A stretch of 64,000 nt of DNA, from NCBI GenBank assembly GCA_034780895.1, contig JAUZTB010000080.1, forward strand, positions 13,160,098 to 13,224,097, written 5' to 3'. Positions 1 through 12,015 of the stretch are shown in pieces; positions within the stretch are counted from its first letter, which is position 1; the number at the start of each line of letters is the position of its first letter. Below the pieces are notes generated by a model. The model saw nothing but the letters and a program-made list of their open reading frames with translations. It was not told where the DNA came from and did not search any database. The translations under genes were made by a program, and so were the position numbers. This stretch comes from Rhynchobatus australiae. Taxonomy: Eukaryota.

Positions 1-172
1 CCTCCGGGTGCTCCGGTTTCCTCCCACATTCCAAAGACATACGGGTTAGGAAGTTGTGGGCGTGCTATGTTGGCACTAGAAGCGTGGTGACACTTGCATG
101 CTGCCCCCACAACACTATGCAAAAGAAGCATTTCACTGTGTGTTTCAATGTACATGTGACAAATAAAGATAT
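1..172 (+). mobile_element. V-SINE, 3' portion
   Basis: V-domain cctccgggtgctccggtttcctcccaca followed by a tail ending gtacatgtgacaaataaag; the same tail occurs alone at about 15419-15481. Confidence 0.8.
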
Positions 173-898
173 GCTATCTACAGTAGAGATTATAGTTGTG
201 GGAAGCTTGGCTTTCAACCTTCAATAAGAACAAAAAGGTAGACAATTTTGTAACGAGGTACAGGATAGCAGATCATATATACAAGTCTACAGAAATTACA
301 GCACAGAACTCAGCTACTTCACATAACACTCCAGCAATCTGCACCATCAGCATATCCCAACATTCAGGTGCAATGAAAGAATTGAATCTGTAGCTGGCAG
401 ATGTCATAATAGTTAAGTTAACCATGTTTCCACAAAATGGTCAATTCCCCAGCACATGTATATCATGCAGGACTGTATACTCTAGAGTGCTAATTGAGAG
501 AAGGGATCAGAAGTTTATAGCAAATGAGTTCTTATAGGGCACACCCAGATACCTACACTGCTCTAAAAACAAGAGTGCCAGACCACCTAAAGAACTATTT
601 TGTAAGTGAACCAAAACATTAGGTACCCCAAACATAGCACAGGAAGTGGGTAGAGCACTTGCTTCAGGGGAATGAATCATCATTTTCTCCTAAGCTCCAC
701 TGCAAGGCTTCAATATTTTGGGGAAGTTATTAGAAGCACCTTTATTTAAAAACTCTTCCTCTACATCACTAATAACCGTACTTAAACTTTCCTTTCTCTT
801 CCTCCAAACTTGCACAGCTCTGAACAATTTTCTTCCATTGCCCCAGGTTAAGCATTGGGATCAAGTAATTACCACAGTTAAACTAGTCTGACAGCTGA

Positions 899-1221
899 NN
901 NNNNNNNNNNNNNNNNNNNNNNNNNNNNNNNNNNNNNNNNNNNNNNNNNNNNNNNNNNNNNNNNNNNNNNNNNNNNNNNNNNNNNNNNNNNNNNNNNNNN
1001 NNNNNNNNNNNNNNNNNNNNNNNNNNNNNNNNNNNNNNNNNNNNNNNNNNNNNNNNNNNNNNNNNNNNNNNNNNNNNNNNNNNNNNNNNNNNNNNNNNNN
1101 NNNNNNNNNNNNNNNNNNNNNNNNNNNNNNNNNNNNNNNNNNNNNNNNNNNNNNNNNNNNNNNNNNNNNNNNNNNNNNNNNNNNNNNNNNNNNNNNNNNN
1201 NNNNNNNNNNNNNNNNNNNNN
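899..1221. other. Assembly gap. Others: 3689-3788, 12340-12582, 20957-21215, 23328-23427, 27287-27296, 29194-29293, 33232-33249, 37534-37633, 39708-39807, 49256-49355, 52083-52626, 60176-60275, 61574-61673
   Basis: Runs of N; many are exactly 100 nt, probably unknown-size placeholders. Confidence 0.98.
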
Positions 1222-1959
1222 CCATACAATGGCCCAGTAACTCATTCATTCTAATACTTTACTGAATGGCTGGCTTTCTCATGCGAATGTGCCCTTGGGC
1301 ATCACCTAGACAACTAACTGCACAGCACACAGAATCAGGGAAAAACCCAATTGGTTCATTGGATGCTCCAACAATGATGGCCACTGACCCCACTTAGAAA
1401 TCTTTCATTACATCGGAAAGTAAAAAAAACACAACTTGGCAAGGCTATACTTCTGCTTCTCACTTTAACTCTGACTTCCGTAGCATTTTACAGAACTATA
1501 GACATGGCTCCATTAAATCCAGCAAGTGCCACCTCCAGTGTCATACCCTCATCATTTGGTTTCAACAAACATTCTTGCTTCAACAGTTTGTCTTTTTCTC
1601 CTAATTTTCCAGCTATACTTTGATCATCTTCCACTGAAATAGGAAAGCTAACATCTGTCATGATTTCTCTGTTGTTTACCCTAGTTCCTTTGAATCACTT
1701 AACTTTGATCTACTTTAGTTATGTTGCTCACTCCTTTCATCTTTGGTCTCAGTATATTGATAGTAACTACTTGAGTTATTCCAGCAAGAATCATCAACTC
1801 TCATCTTCTGCTGGCGATACATTAAAAATACAGGTAAAGTTAACAAAGCATCATATTGCCCACCAAACAGGTGGCACCAACACTTGGTACTCAGAACTCA
1901 GCATCTCAGGAATTCCCTGGATCAACTGCTTCCAAACTCTGGGTGAGGGGACAATGCAG

Positions 1960-2215
1960 TCTTGGGCAAGGGCACCATTATGCACTGAGATAAAGAGGAA
2001 TTTTTTCATTGAGGGTGATGAATCTTTTGAACTCTCTACCCTGGAGGGCTAAGGAGGCTCAGTCAATGAGTTTGTTCAAAAGAGAGAGATAGATTTCTGA
2101 TATTACGGGAATCAAGGAATAGGAGGTGCAGGAAAATGGCACAGATAGATTACCCATGATTCTCATGAATAGCAGAGCAGGCTTGAAAAGGGCAAGTTCA
2201 TCTGGTTCTGCTCTT
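1960..2215 (+). mobile_element. CR1 3' fragment
   Basis: aggaatttttttcattgagggtgatgaatc...gcagagcaggcttgaaa. Similar fragments at about 7570-7860, 28140-28410, 35000-35310 and 59780-60020. Confidence 0.7.
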
Positions 2216-3094
2216 CATTTTTTTTTCTTATTTGCTTAACATTCTGGCTAATGAAGACCCTGTAATCAAGGTCAATTGACATATTTCCTGCTCAATTGTC
2301 CTATTTTAAGTCTGTGTTTTGAAACCTAGAAAATAAAAGCTATTTCTAATTCTGCTATTTAGTTAGTAGATAGATCCTGCATCAGAACACCAAGCATCGT
2401 TAACACCCACAGCTTTGCATATTGGGGTATTGATCTACTGGTACATTTCGTGTCACCAATGAAGTCCCATTCTATGCTAGAAGACTCAAAAGAAAACATC
2501 TGTAAATATCTCTCCCCACTGCCAGCTTCAACGTTTTAAAAAAACATTTCTGTAGTTTAACATTGCCTCAAACTGCAAAATACTTTGCAGCAGGTATTCT
2601 ATTGAATAAGGACGAGAACATTTAGGCACCTCAGTTTCTTCATTTGACAAAAATCATGACAATATAAAATTCACCTACACCCCCTTTGTGATAGGATCCA
2701 TACATCTGGCACAGCAAGTCAGGTAATGAGGTCAGCTTCCTGCTTTGGCCAACTGGAATCACTGCTACTCTCTCAAAGATGATATCCACTTACTACTCAA
2801 ACCCCATGCTGTCTGATTCCCCTTGTGTCTACGTCCTTCTCAACCTTTAACTTACTTGACAACTGACTATCCAAACCTTTAAGGTAAAGAATTTAAAGAT
2901 TCACCATTCATTGAATAAAGAAAATTTTCCATCTTCGCCCTTAATGGCCAACTCCACATCTTGAAGCTATGCCACATGATTGTAGACTCTTCAGCTAGGA
3001 GTTTCTAGTCTCAAGTCTCACCAACTTCCCACGTGCCATACGTTTCCATTGGGCCCAGAGCCCATGCCAGCTCAGAAGAACAACCTAATTCTCC

Positions 3095-3345
3095 CACTAC
3101 TTTTCCTGGTAACCTGTCCTCCCCTCATGCCTATTAACTTCTAAGATTCTACCACTCAACCACACCAGAGCCTAATTAACCTACCAACCCACATGTCCAT
3201 GACCTGTGGGAGGAAACCAGAGCACCCATACGGTCACTGGAAGTGTGCGCAAAGTCCACACAGACAGCACCAGAGATCAGAATTAAACCCGGGTTGCCAG
3301 AGCTATGAAGCAGCAGCTCTACCAGCTGAACCACCCTGCTGCCCA
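3095..3345 (-). mobile_element. V-SINE (tRNA-derived, HE1-like)
   Basis: Reverse V-domain tgtgggaggaaaccagagcaccc and reverse tRNA-like head. Confidence 0.75.
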
Positions 3346-3879
3346 CATTAGAGGCCACTGCCATTAAATCTTCAGCTATAAACATCTAATTACTCTCATC
3401 ATTTCATTTGACTTGGAACTTCCACATTTTCTACTGCAAGGTAATTTATGAACTTGCTTGTGTTTCTACATCATTTGCATTTAATACTCTGCTCCAAATT
3501 CTAGACCTAGAAACCTTCATCTCTACTTCCACAAAAACACTGCCTAGAAGAAAGATCAAACTATTAGCTTATCATCCTCCAATATTTAACTTCCCTCCAC
3601 TGCCTTCTTTAGTTTTAACTAGTACTATTTTGGATCAATGCTGTTCTGAAATTCCATAATCGTTTGATCTGTACAATATGCTACCTTANNNNNNNNNNNN
3701 NNNNNNNNNNNNNNNNNNNNNNNNNNNNNNNNNNNNNNNNNNNNNNNNNNNNNNNNNNNNNNNNNNNNNNNNNNNNNNNNNNNNNNNNATGGTCTGAGCA
3801 CAGAGCAGCCCATTCAGAATGAACGGGAGACAAGTTATTATGCGGTGAAACATTTCAAATGCTGCCCATTTGGGGAGAT

Positions 3880-4700
3880 GTAAAGTCATTGTCACGTGTA
3901 CCAAGGTACATCGAAGAAAATGCTTTGCATGGCATCCATACGGATAATTTCCTCCGATCAGTGCATTGAAAGATGAAAAGGTAAAACAATAACACAATGC
4001 AGAATAGATGTTACCTTTACACAGGAAGTGCAGTGTAGGCAGACAATAAGGCGCAAGTTCATAACGAGGGAGATTGTGAGGTCAAGAGTCCATTTTATCG
4101 GACAAGAGGTCTGTTTAGTGGTCTGATAACTGCGGGATACAATCTGTCCTTGAGCCTTCAAGAGTGGTAAGAGCTTTCGGGCTATTGCATCTTCTACCGA
4201 ACAGAAGGGGTGAAAAGATTGAATGCCATGAGAGTAAGAGGTATTTGATTATATCGGCTGCTTTACTGAGGTAGCGAGAAGAGCAGACAAGGTCCATGTA
4301 GGGCAGGCTGATTATTTTTCGTGATGCCCTGAGCTCTGTCCACATCTCTCTGCAGTTTCTCGGGGTCCCGGGTCCCGGGCAGTACAGTTGCTGTGACAAG
4401 CAGTGATGCATCTGGTAAAGTGCTTTCTATGGACCCGTACAATTTCTGCGCATCTGTAAAATAATGCTGAAACTCGACGGGGATATTTCTAATTTCTGTT
4501 GTCTCATGAGAAAGTACAGCTGCTGTTGCAATTTTTGGCCGTAGTTTCTCCGTGATTGTACCAGGACAACCGAATGGTGATATTTACAACAAGGGACCTG
4601 AAGATTTTAACCAGTTTGTAACTCGGATTAGCAACTCACTACCAGCGAACCGCATGAATTAACCAACCTGCACACGGGAGCACTAAAGAGGAATGGACGT
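3880..4700 (-). mobile_element. Rex1/Babar-type LINE 3' fragment (diverged)
   Basis: Reverse-complement similarity to 11340-11715 (gattgtgaggtcaagagtccat, gtgcagtgtaggcagacaataagg). Confidence 0.7.
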
Positions 4701-5750
4701 AAAAAATGTAGCACTTCAGTGAACTTCATCAGCGGGTCGGAAATAATGATCTGGCGCTGCCATCCCAACAGCCAGTGAATGATGCATTTGAAGAGACCGC
4801 ACTTTACTCCGGACGAGATCGCAATTGCAATTAGGTGAATGACAAGAGAAAGAAAACAAAACAGAGGATTCATTGTCAGACCCAGAGGTAAAGAAACGGT
4901 TTGATAGGATGAGGTTGTGCACGTCCATGTTGTTGTTCACTCAGCGATAGACACCAGTTCCTGGACCATGACAAGACACAGAAAGTTTGCGATGTTAGGT
5001 AGCGGCGCCGCTGTCCATAATGCTACCGCTCAGTGGTATGAATAACGCAGCTTTTAGTTCAAATGTGGATAATTCACATAGTTTGTTCAGCTGGGGATGA
5101 TTACCAAGCACCAACCAGGGAGGCCAAATGTAGCTAATTAAATACAGTCCTCCACACCATAACTTTCCCTGATAACCATACTTCTTCATCACTCGCGATT
5201 AGTTCAAACAACTCAAATATTCGTTGCATAATTGAAATAATAATTTAAGATTTCAGTTTCACAACCTTAAAACTGATTAACTCTTTAGTTTCCCAAACTC
5301 TTGAGTTTACTTCCAAAATTTACGCAATTTACAACTTATATTCAGTTATTACACATTCTCGTCCGCGGAGTTGCGGCCATTGGTTATCTCGTAGGGCGTT
5401 GTTTTATGCACTTCTTTTCAGACCGTCCAGACATGGCTTAATTTTTCACAGCCAACAAAGCAGATATGTGAAATACTCATCCATATGTTCGTGTTCCTGT
5501 AACCCCTTCTATGTCCTGCTACCACATTCCATAATTACCTCAACTATTGGTCGCTTAATTATCACGCATCTGTTTCTGCTTTTACAACCAATCCCTTCCA
5601 GAAGTTGTGAATTCGTCAGACATCTGTACCTGCTTATTCTTTGCCCAGACTTGTGTTGGCACAACTCAATTGTATCACGTTAGTACTGACCAGGATCGGA
5701 CCATGTTATTCCCCCTGACAGCGCCCTTTGTCCCTGTGTACCCATCATTA

Positions 5751-5790
5751 TCTCCTCTCTGTCTCTCTGTCTCTCTCTCTCTCTCTCTCT
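5751..5790 (+). repeat. Imperfect (CT)n microsatellite
   Basis: tctcctctctgtctctctgtctctctctctctctctctct. Confidence 0.9.
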
Positions 5791-8284
5791 GCCTCGCTCG
5801 TTCGTTGCGTTTCGGGACAGTTGAAAGAGCTCTGATAGCTGGAAAAGGAACAGAAAGGTTTACTAAAATATTAAGGGATATTCGTGTGGGTGAGACGGCA
5901 TTATCCTTTTTTTGTTTCAAAATTAGAAAAATGTTAATTGTGCAGGTCGCAGAGCTCTCTGAGATCCATTAAACCAGCTGTCCTAATGCGTGCTTCAGCA
6001 AAGACACCTGTGAAGCTGGTACGAATCATCTGAGTCGACGTAGGAGTAATGTCAACGTTGATGGAACATCTCGATGACCACGTATCACACAGCATTGAAG
6101 GCTTTGGACAAAGTGCAAGTAAATAGGACTTGGTTTGATGTGCACTTGATTGTCGGCATAGATATGGTGCGGTGAACAGCAATTCTGCATGTCTCTGTGA
6201 ACACCAGTAAACTGCACGTTCTGGAAATAGGAAACTAAACAGTAAAAGAAAACAAAATCGGGCAAACATACAACCCGTCAGGCAGCAACTGTGGAAATGG
6301 TCAGCGTTTCCGTTCCGGGATCTTCCAAAGGAGATGCAAATTATTTCATGTTTCACACGTTACCTGTTGGAAAATTAAATCTTGATTAAAAATGTTATTT
6401 CCAACAACACGCAGTTGGGACCCAACGGACCAATCCTGTCCATTACAACAATTAGTGACTAAATCCCGAAAGTATGTACTACATACGGCAGATATGACCC
6501 GACATTTGTAACTTCTCGGTATCCCCTTCTCACCTCTGTGTATTCCACCCAACTTACGTTACAACCAATCTCTTTTGACATAGTCAAACACAGCAATCAC
6601 ACGCTGTACATTCATTCAAATCAATAATCTAATTTGTACAGAGTTGAATTCACTGATCCTTCTGCCGCACTAGTCGTTACTTCTCTCCGATAATACCAGG
6701 CTCATTTATACAAAGTCAGCTTTATTTTTCCCAGGCACTTTTCTATCTTGGGCAACACGCGCTTACCTCCGACAACACGCGCTTTTACGTTGTGCAGTAA
6801 CTTTTGATGTGACAGTGTGTCAGTTCCTTCTGGAAATTTATTGCGAATCCATCTCCGGTTATCTTTTATCCACAGCACAAAAAAAAAGAATAAGTCAGTC
6901 AAACAAGTCACTTCAGAAAAGAGACTACTCCTATTTACTGGGAGTTTTCTAAGATTCCACCGGTAAAATCTTCTCTAATTGTCATGGTTCTGATTACTGG
7001 TCCTTGATTAGGCTCCTCAGATGCCTTGTTGTACAGTACATGGATTCCATGCTGGACAGATTGTATAATGACACACACCTGAGCCCATCAGCGGCCTAGC
7101 ATAAGTACCTGGGTTTCTCTAGCACTAATTGCCAGAGTATTGGTCAACCTTTGGGTATACTTTGGCTCCTGGCTGTTTAGAGTGGTCTACTCTAGAGCAG
7201 CCTTGTGTTCTCTGTTCCTCTTTGAATATCCAGTTCATGTTGGGATTCCTCATCAGATCTCCAAGGCAAGATTCCTTCCAGTTGCTGCCCATGTTTGGTC
7301 CTGAGGAAGTATCCTGACTCCAGTTTTGTACCAGTGAGCTTGCTCTTGGCTCAACATTGTGACAATTTTGTATTTTAAAGTGACACCCAACACAGCTGGA
7401 TTGCGAAATGTTTATGTTGACCAAAAAAAACTGCTAGAAAAATGGGGTCAACGCTGACTTGTCACTTGCATCGAATGTTTGCAGTATCCTGATCTCCATG
7501 CGGTGACTTTGGGATGCTCGAATGTTTATTCTTAATGATCTCATTGAAGCACAACTTTGAGGAGGACTGACAGGAGAGATAGAGAAGATGATTTCAGTCT
7601 CCCCCAGTGAGGACATCTAGAACTAGAGGCAGCATTTTGGAATAAGAGATGACCCTTTAAAACTGTGACTCTCTGGAATTCTCTACCCCAGTGAGCTGTG
7701 GAATTGGAGTCATTGACTATTTTCAAGGGAGAGACAGCTTTGAAAAAGGAATCAAGGAGTACAGGGAAGACTGGGAAAGAAACACCGAGGCCAAGTCTGG
7801 ATCAGCTAAAATCTTACTGAATGGGGGAAGCAGGCTCGAGGTCAAAGTGGCCTCATTTTTCTTCTGTTGTTCTTTAGATCTGGACTTCTTCATTCTTAGT
7901 TTTGTACTGCTCCACAAGTGGCCCTTCAATCTTTGGACTCTTGCTTTTGGAACTCCTTGTCCCTGCATTCCTCCTTGATCCTAAAATAACTTCTCTCTAA
8001 TCAGACGTCAATCAACCTTTCCTGCAGCTCTCCACTTTTCCTTTATCACCCATCCACTGGGTAAGCACTGCTTTATCTTAAGTGCTCATTGGACCTTTAC
8101 ACATTAAAAAATACTACAAATAAATAAAAGTTGCTGTCACCCAACCCAGGAAGTGGTTGCAAAATTTTGTTTTCAGTTCAGTGTTTAGTATTTTTCTTTT
8201 AAAATATTTCAAACACTCAAAAGTACAGCAAGTCCACAGCCAGGCATTTAATGAATGGCCTCAAGGTTCACAAGAATTAAATGG

Positions 8285-9050
8285 AAGCAAGACTATCAAA
8301 TGTGGGTGTTGCCGGTATGGCCAGCAATGATTTACCATCACTGATCAGCCTCAAGGTAGTTGTGCTGGGCTGCTGTTCTGAAACGCAGCAATTCTTCCGA
8401 AGGTACTCCACAGTAATGTTGAGGAAGTTGTTCTCGGATTTAGACGCAGCAATGATGATGGAATGGTGATATATCTGCAAACAAGGCATGCAGATAGATC
8501 ACCGTACTTCCATGTTCATCTAGGAGGCAAAGGTCATGTTTGAGAGGTGCTGTCACAGTGGCGTAGACAAATCACTGCAGCCATATTACATAGATGGGAG
8601 GGAAATAATATTTAGAATGGCAGATGAGGTGCCAATCAAACAGGCTGCTCTGTCCTGAATGGTGCTGAGATTTCAGTGTTGTTGGAGCTGCACTCACCGT
8701 GCAAGTAGAAAGTATTCCATTTTGCTCCTAACATGCGTCTAGAGATGGGGGAAGAACCTTGAGGGAGTCAGAAGGTGAGACACTCACCACAGGATACACT
8801 GGCTCTGACCTACTCTTGTAGTTGAGGTGGTCCAGGTGAATATCTGGTCATCTCTCACCATCCCCTTTCATTCCTTACGAAGGGGATGTTGGAGCATGGG
8901 CCAACACTGTGAATGTTAAAGATAGATGGCTAGAACTATTTTTGTTGAAGATAATTACCTGGCACTTGCGTAGTGTGAGTATTACTTGTCATTTGTGAGC
9001 CAGACTGAATATCACCTAGGTCTTAAGGTATATATACAGGTGTGAACTCC
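8285..9050 (-). mobile_element. CR1/L2-group LINE 3' fragment, same family as 36690-39292
   Basis: gtgccaatcaaacaggctgctctgtcctgaatggtgctgag is the reverse of the family's RT C-terminus. Confidence 0.6.
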
Positions 9051-9289
9051 TTCACTTTAAGTGGTGCAAATAGAACAAGGGAACAGGCTAAATTGGGTCA
9101 CACAGGAGACTGCTGATGTGGGAATTTGGAGTAACAAATAATTTGCTGGAAGAATTCAGCAGGCCAAGCAGCATTTGTGGCAGGAAAGGAATTTTCAACA
9201 TTAAGTCAAAACCTTGCCACAAGAACAGGCCAATGATCTTGTGTGGGAAGCTTTAGAGAAAAGTGACCAATACAGAAAAATACTTCCTT

Positions 9290-11165
9290 AAGAATGAAAA
9301 TGAAGCATTCAACCCAAAAATAGGGTCTTAAGTCTAAAAAGGGGAAGTATAAAACTATGAGGAGTGAATTGGCTATAACAGATCAGGGTACTTTATTTAA
9401 TGGCTTACAATAGATTGGCAATGGCTTACATTTCAGGAAGAAATGCAAGAACTGCCAACAATTATGCATTCCGCTCTGGCACAAGAACACAAAAGGTAAA
9501 GTATCCCAACCATGACTAACAAAGCTTAAGGACAATATTAGATCCAAAGAAGAGTCAAATAAAACTTCAAATAAATGTCTCTTACAGTTAGAGAAAGGAG
9601 ACTTTTATAATCAGGGACAAAGAAATAGCAATTAAACAAATAGTTTGGTTCTGTCTTTATGTAAAAGTGACATAAATGGTTCCCTTGCATTTCTGAGAAG
9701 TTAGAGTCTAATGAAAAGGAGGAATTAAAAGGAAATTAGTATTAGTAAAAATAGTGATGGAGAAATTAGTAGGCCTGAAAGCTGATAAATCCCTGGGCCT
9801 GAATCTGCATCCCACAGTAGTAAAAGTAGTCAGTCCTTCGATAGAAGTTTGGAAAATGACAACCAATAGATGCATTGGTTGTCATTTTCCAAAATTCTAC
9901 AGCAAGGCTCCTGCAAATTGGAGTGTGGCAAGTGTAATCCCATTACTTTGATAAAAAAGGGAAAAAACTACAGACCAGCTAGCCTTACATTAGTAGAGAA
10001 ACAGCTAGGGTTTATTGTAAAAGATGTGATAACAGATTGTGAAAATATCAATGGGATTAGACAAAAAGTGGACATGAATTTACTAAAGTGAAAATGCATT
10101 TAGCAAACCTATTGGTCTTTTTTTGGGGATATAAATGGTAGAATAAATAAGAACCAGTACATGTGATGTTTGTAACTTCAGAAGGCCTTTGATAAAGTCC
10201 CACATGAAAGGTTATTGTGCAAAGTTAACACGGGGATTGGGGTATCATAGCAGCACACTGTGAAGACTGGCTGACAAACAGAAGGCAGTAGGAATAAGTT
10301 GGTCTTTCTGGAGGTGACAGACAGTACCATTGGGATCAGTGCTTGGGCCCCAGCTAGTCACAACATGTGACATGATATGGATGTGATATTTCTAGATTGG
10401 ACAATGAGAAGAAAAATGGGTGGGTTTCTGAGATGCAAACAACCTTCAAATGATTTAGACAAGTTGAGTGGGTGGGCAAGCACATGGCAGATATAGTACA
10501 ACTTGGATAAATGTGAAGTCACCAATTTAGGTGGAAGGAACAAAGGCAGAATATTAGTTAAATAGTGATGGACTGGCAAATACAAGTGTGCCAAGGGATT
10601 TGCATGTCTCTGCACACCAGTCACTAAAGGTGTAGCAAGCAGTTAAGGTGGCAAGTGGTACTTTAGCCTTCATTGCAAGAAGTTTTGAGTACAGGAGCAA
10701 GGATGTTTTACTACAATTAATATGGAGTCACAAGAGGCTACAGATGCTAGAATCTAGAGCAAAAAACAAACTCCTAGAGGAGCTCAGCAGGTCAGCTAGC
10801 ATCTGCGGAGGGAAATGGACAAAGGACATTTCGGGTCAAGACCCTTCATTTAGACTTCATCTTACTACAATTATACAGGTCCTTGGTGAGATCACACCTG
10901 GAACTGTGTACAGTTATGGTCTCCTTACCCAAGAAAGTATATACTTGCCAGAGAAGGAGTGCAACAAGGGTTCACAGACTGACTCCTGGGATAGCAGGAC
11001 AGGAGGATGAGGAGAGATCAGATCCACTAGGCTTGTATTCACTAGACTTCAGAAGAGTGAGAGAAGACATCATTGAAATTGAGGACTCTGGTTGGTTGGA
11101 TGAAGGATCGTTCTCCCAGAACCCGAGGTCATGGTCTCAGCATAGAAAGACATTTAAGATATAGG
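9290..11165 (+). mobile_element. Degenerate CR1 LINE ORF2 (RT)
   Basis: Fragments LVGLKADKS, NYRPASLT, FQKAFDKVPH, LAFIARSFEYRSKDVLLQL; many stops and frameshifts. Confidence 0.88.
10720..10861 (-). mobile_element. Short Penelope-terminus element inserted in CR1 with a 12-bp TSD
   Basis: ttactacaatta at 10708-10719 and 10862-10873; the CR1 sequence resumes after the second copy. Confidence 0.8.
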
Positions 11166-11339
11166 TAAGAAGTTGCTTCCCTCTTCTCGTTATCATCAGG
11201 TTTTCCAAAATTCAAGCTTGTTGTCACAATCACTACTTTGACTTAGCTGAGCCATTTTCCAACTCTGCCTGTACTCATGGCCCTTGATTATTAGCAACCC
11301 ATACAGAACTAGCCATTTCTGTCTCCACTTCTCACTGCC

Positions 11340-11715
11340 CTGGTAAAGCAGCCAGCATAATTAAAGACCCCATCTACCCCGTACATTTCTCTTCTCCCCC
11401 TTCCCATTGGGCAGAACTTACAAAAGCCTGAAAGCATGAACCACCAGGCTCAAGAGCAGCTTCTATCCTGCTGTTATATGACTTTTAAGCAGTTCCCTAG
11501 TACAATAAGATGGACTCTTGACCTCACAATCTACCTTGCACCTTATTGTCTGCCTGCACTGCACTTTCTCTGTAGCTGTTGCACTTTATTTTGCATTCTG
11601 TTATTGTTTTTACTTGCACTACCTGAATGCACTGTGTAATGAATTGTCTTGCATACCCTTCATACAGATCAAGTTTTTCCACCATACCTCGGTACAAGTG
11701 ACAATAATAAACGAA
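11340..11715 (+). mobile_element. Rex1/Babar-type LINE 3' end
   Basis: gcagccagcataattaaagaccc...aagagcagcttctatcc (RT C-terminus) plus 3'UTR ending acaataataaac. Confidence 0.75.
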
Positions 11716-11759
11716 TTCCAATTCTGACTTCAGTCGACATGGGTGGCCTTGTGCTTTCA

Positions 11760-12015
11760 GTCACCTGTTTACTGTAATTCTCCATCCCACTCTGACATTG
11801 CCATTGGCTTCCAATGAAGCACAAGCTTGAGGAACACCAGCTCATCTTCCAATTAGGCAAGTTACAGCCCTTAGGATGAAACAATGAATTCAATAACATC
11901 AGATAACCAGCCTTTGCAGCTTGTAGCAGGACTGGACAATTCTAGAGAAAGGACATCAATAACTTTGTTTTTCCTCTCTCCCCACAGATTCTGCCTGACC
12001 TGCTAGGTATCTTCA
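11760..12015 (+). mobile_element. Penelope-like element 3' fragment (end of GIY-YIG domain plus terminal repeat)
   Basis: aagcttgaggaacaccagctcatcttccaattaggc encodes KLEEHQLIFQLGKLQPLG.NNEFN, followed by the cacagattctgcctgacctgct terminal motif. Confidence 0.7.

Larger units (their letters stand above)
3789..6960. promoter_or_regulatory. CpG-retaining domain resembling a non-methylated island; candidate intragenic promoter or enhancer
   Basis: By-eye count of about 26 CpG in 4441-5040 versus 1 in 9001-9600. Several CCAAT/ATTGG boxes (about 5379, 5546, 5589, 6430, 6565) and a (CT)n tract. Confidence 0.5.

Noticed and set aside
861-1249. Long ORFs made of X residues (also 12322, 20847-21273, 51986 and others)
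   Set aside because: Artefacts of translating N-gaps.
4997-5030. Palindrome agcggcgccgct and ggtagc/gctacc stem, possible tRNA or ncRNA
   Set aside because: No cloverleaf or A/B boxes; it fits a decayed reverse SINE head.
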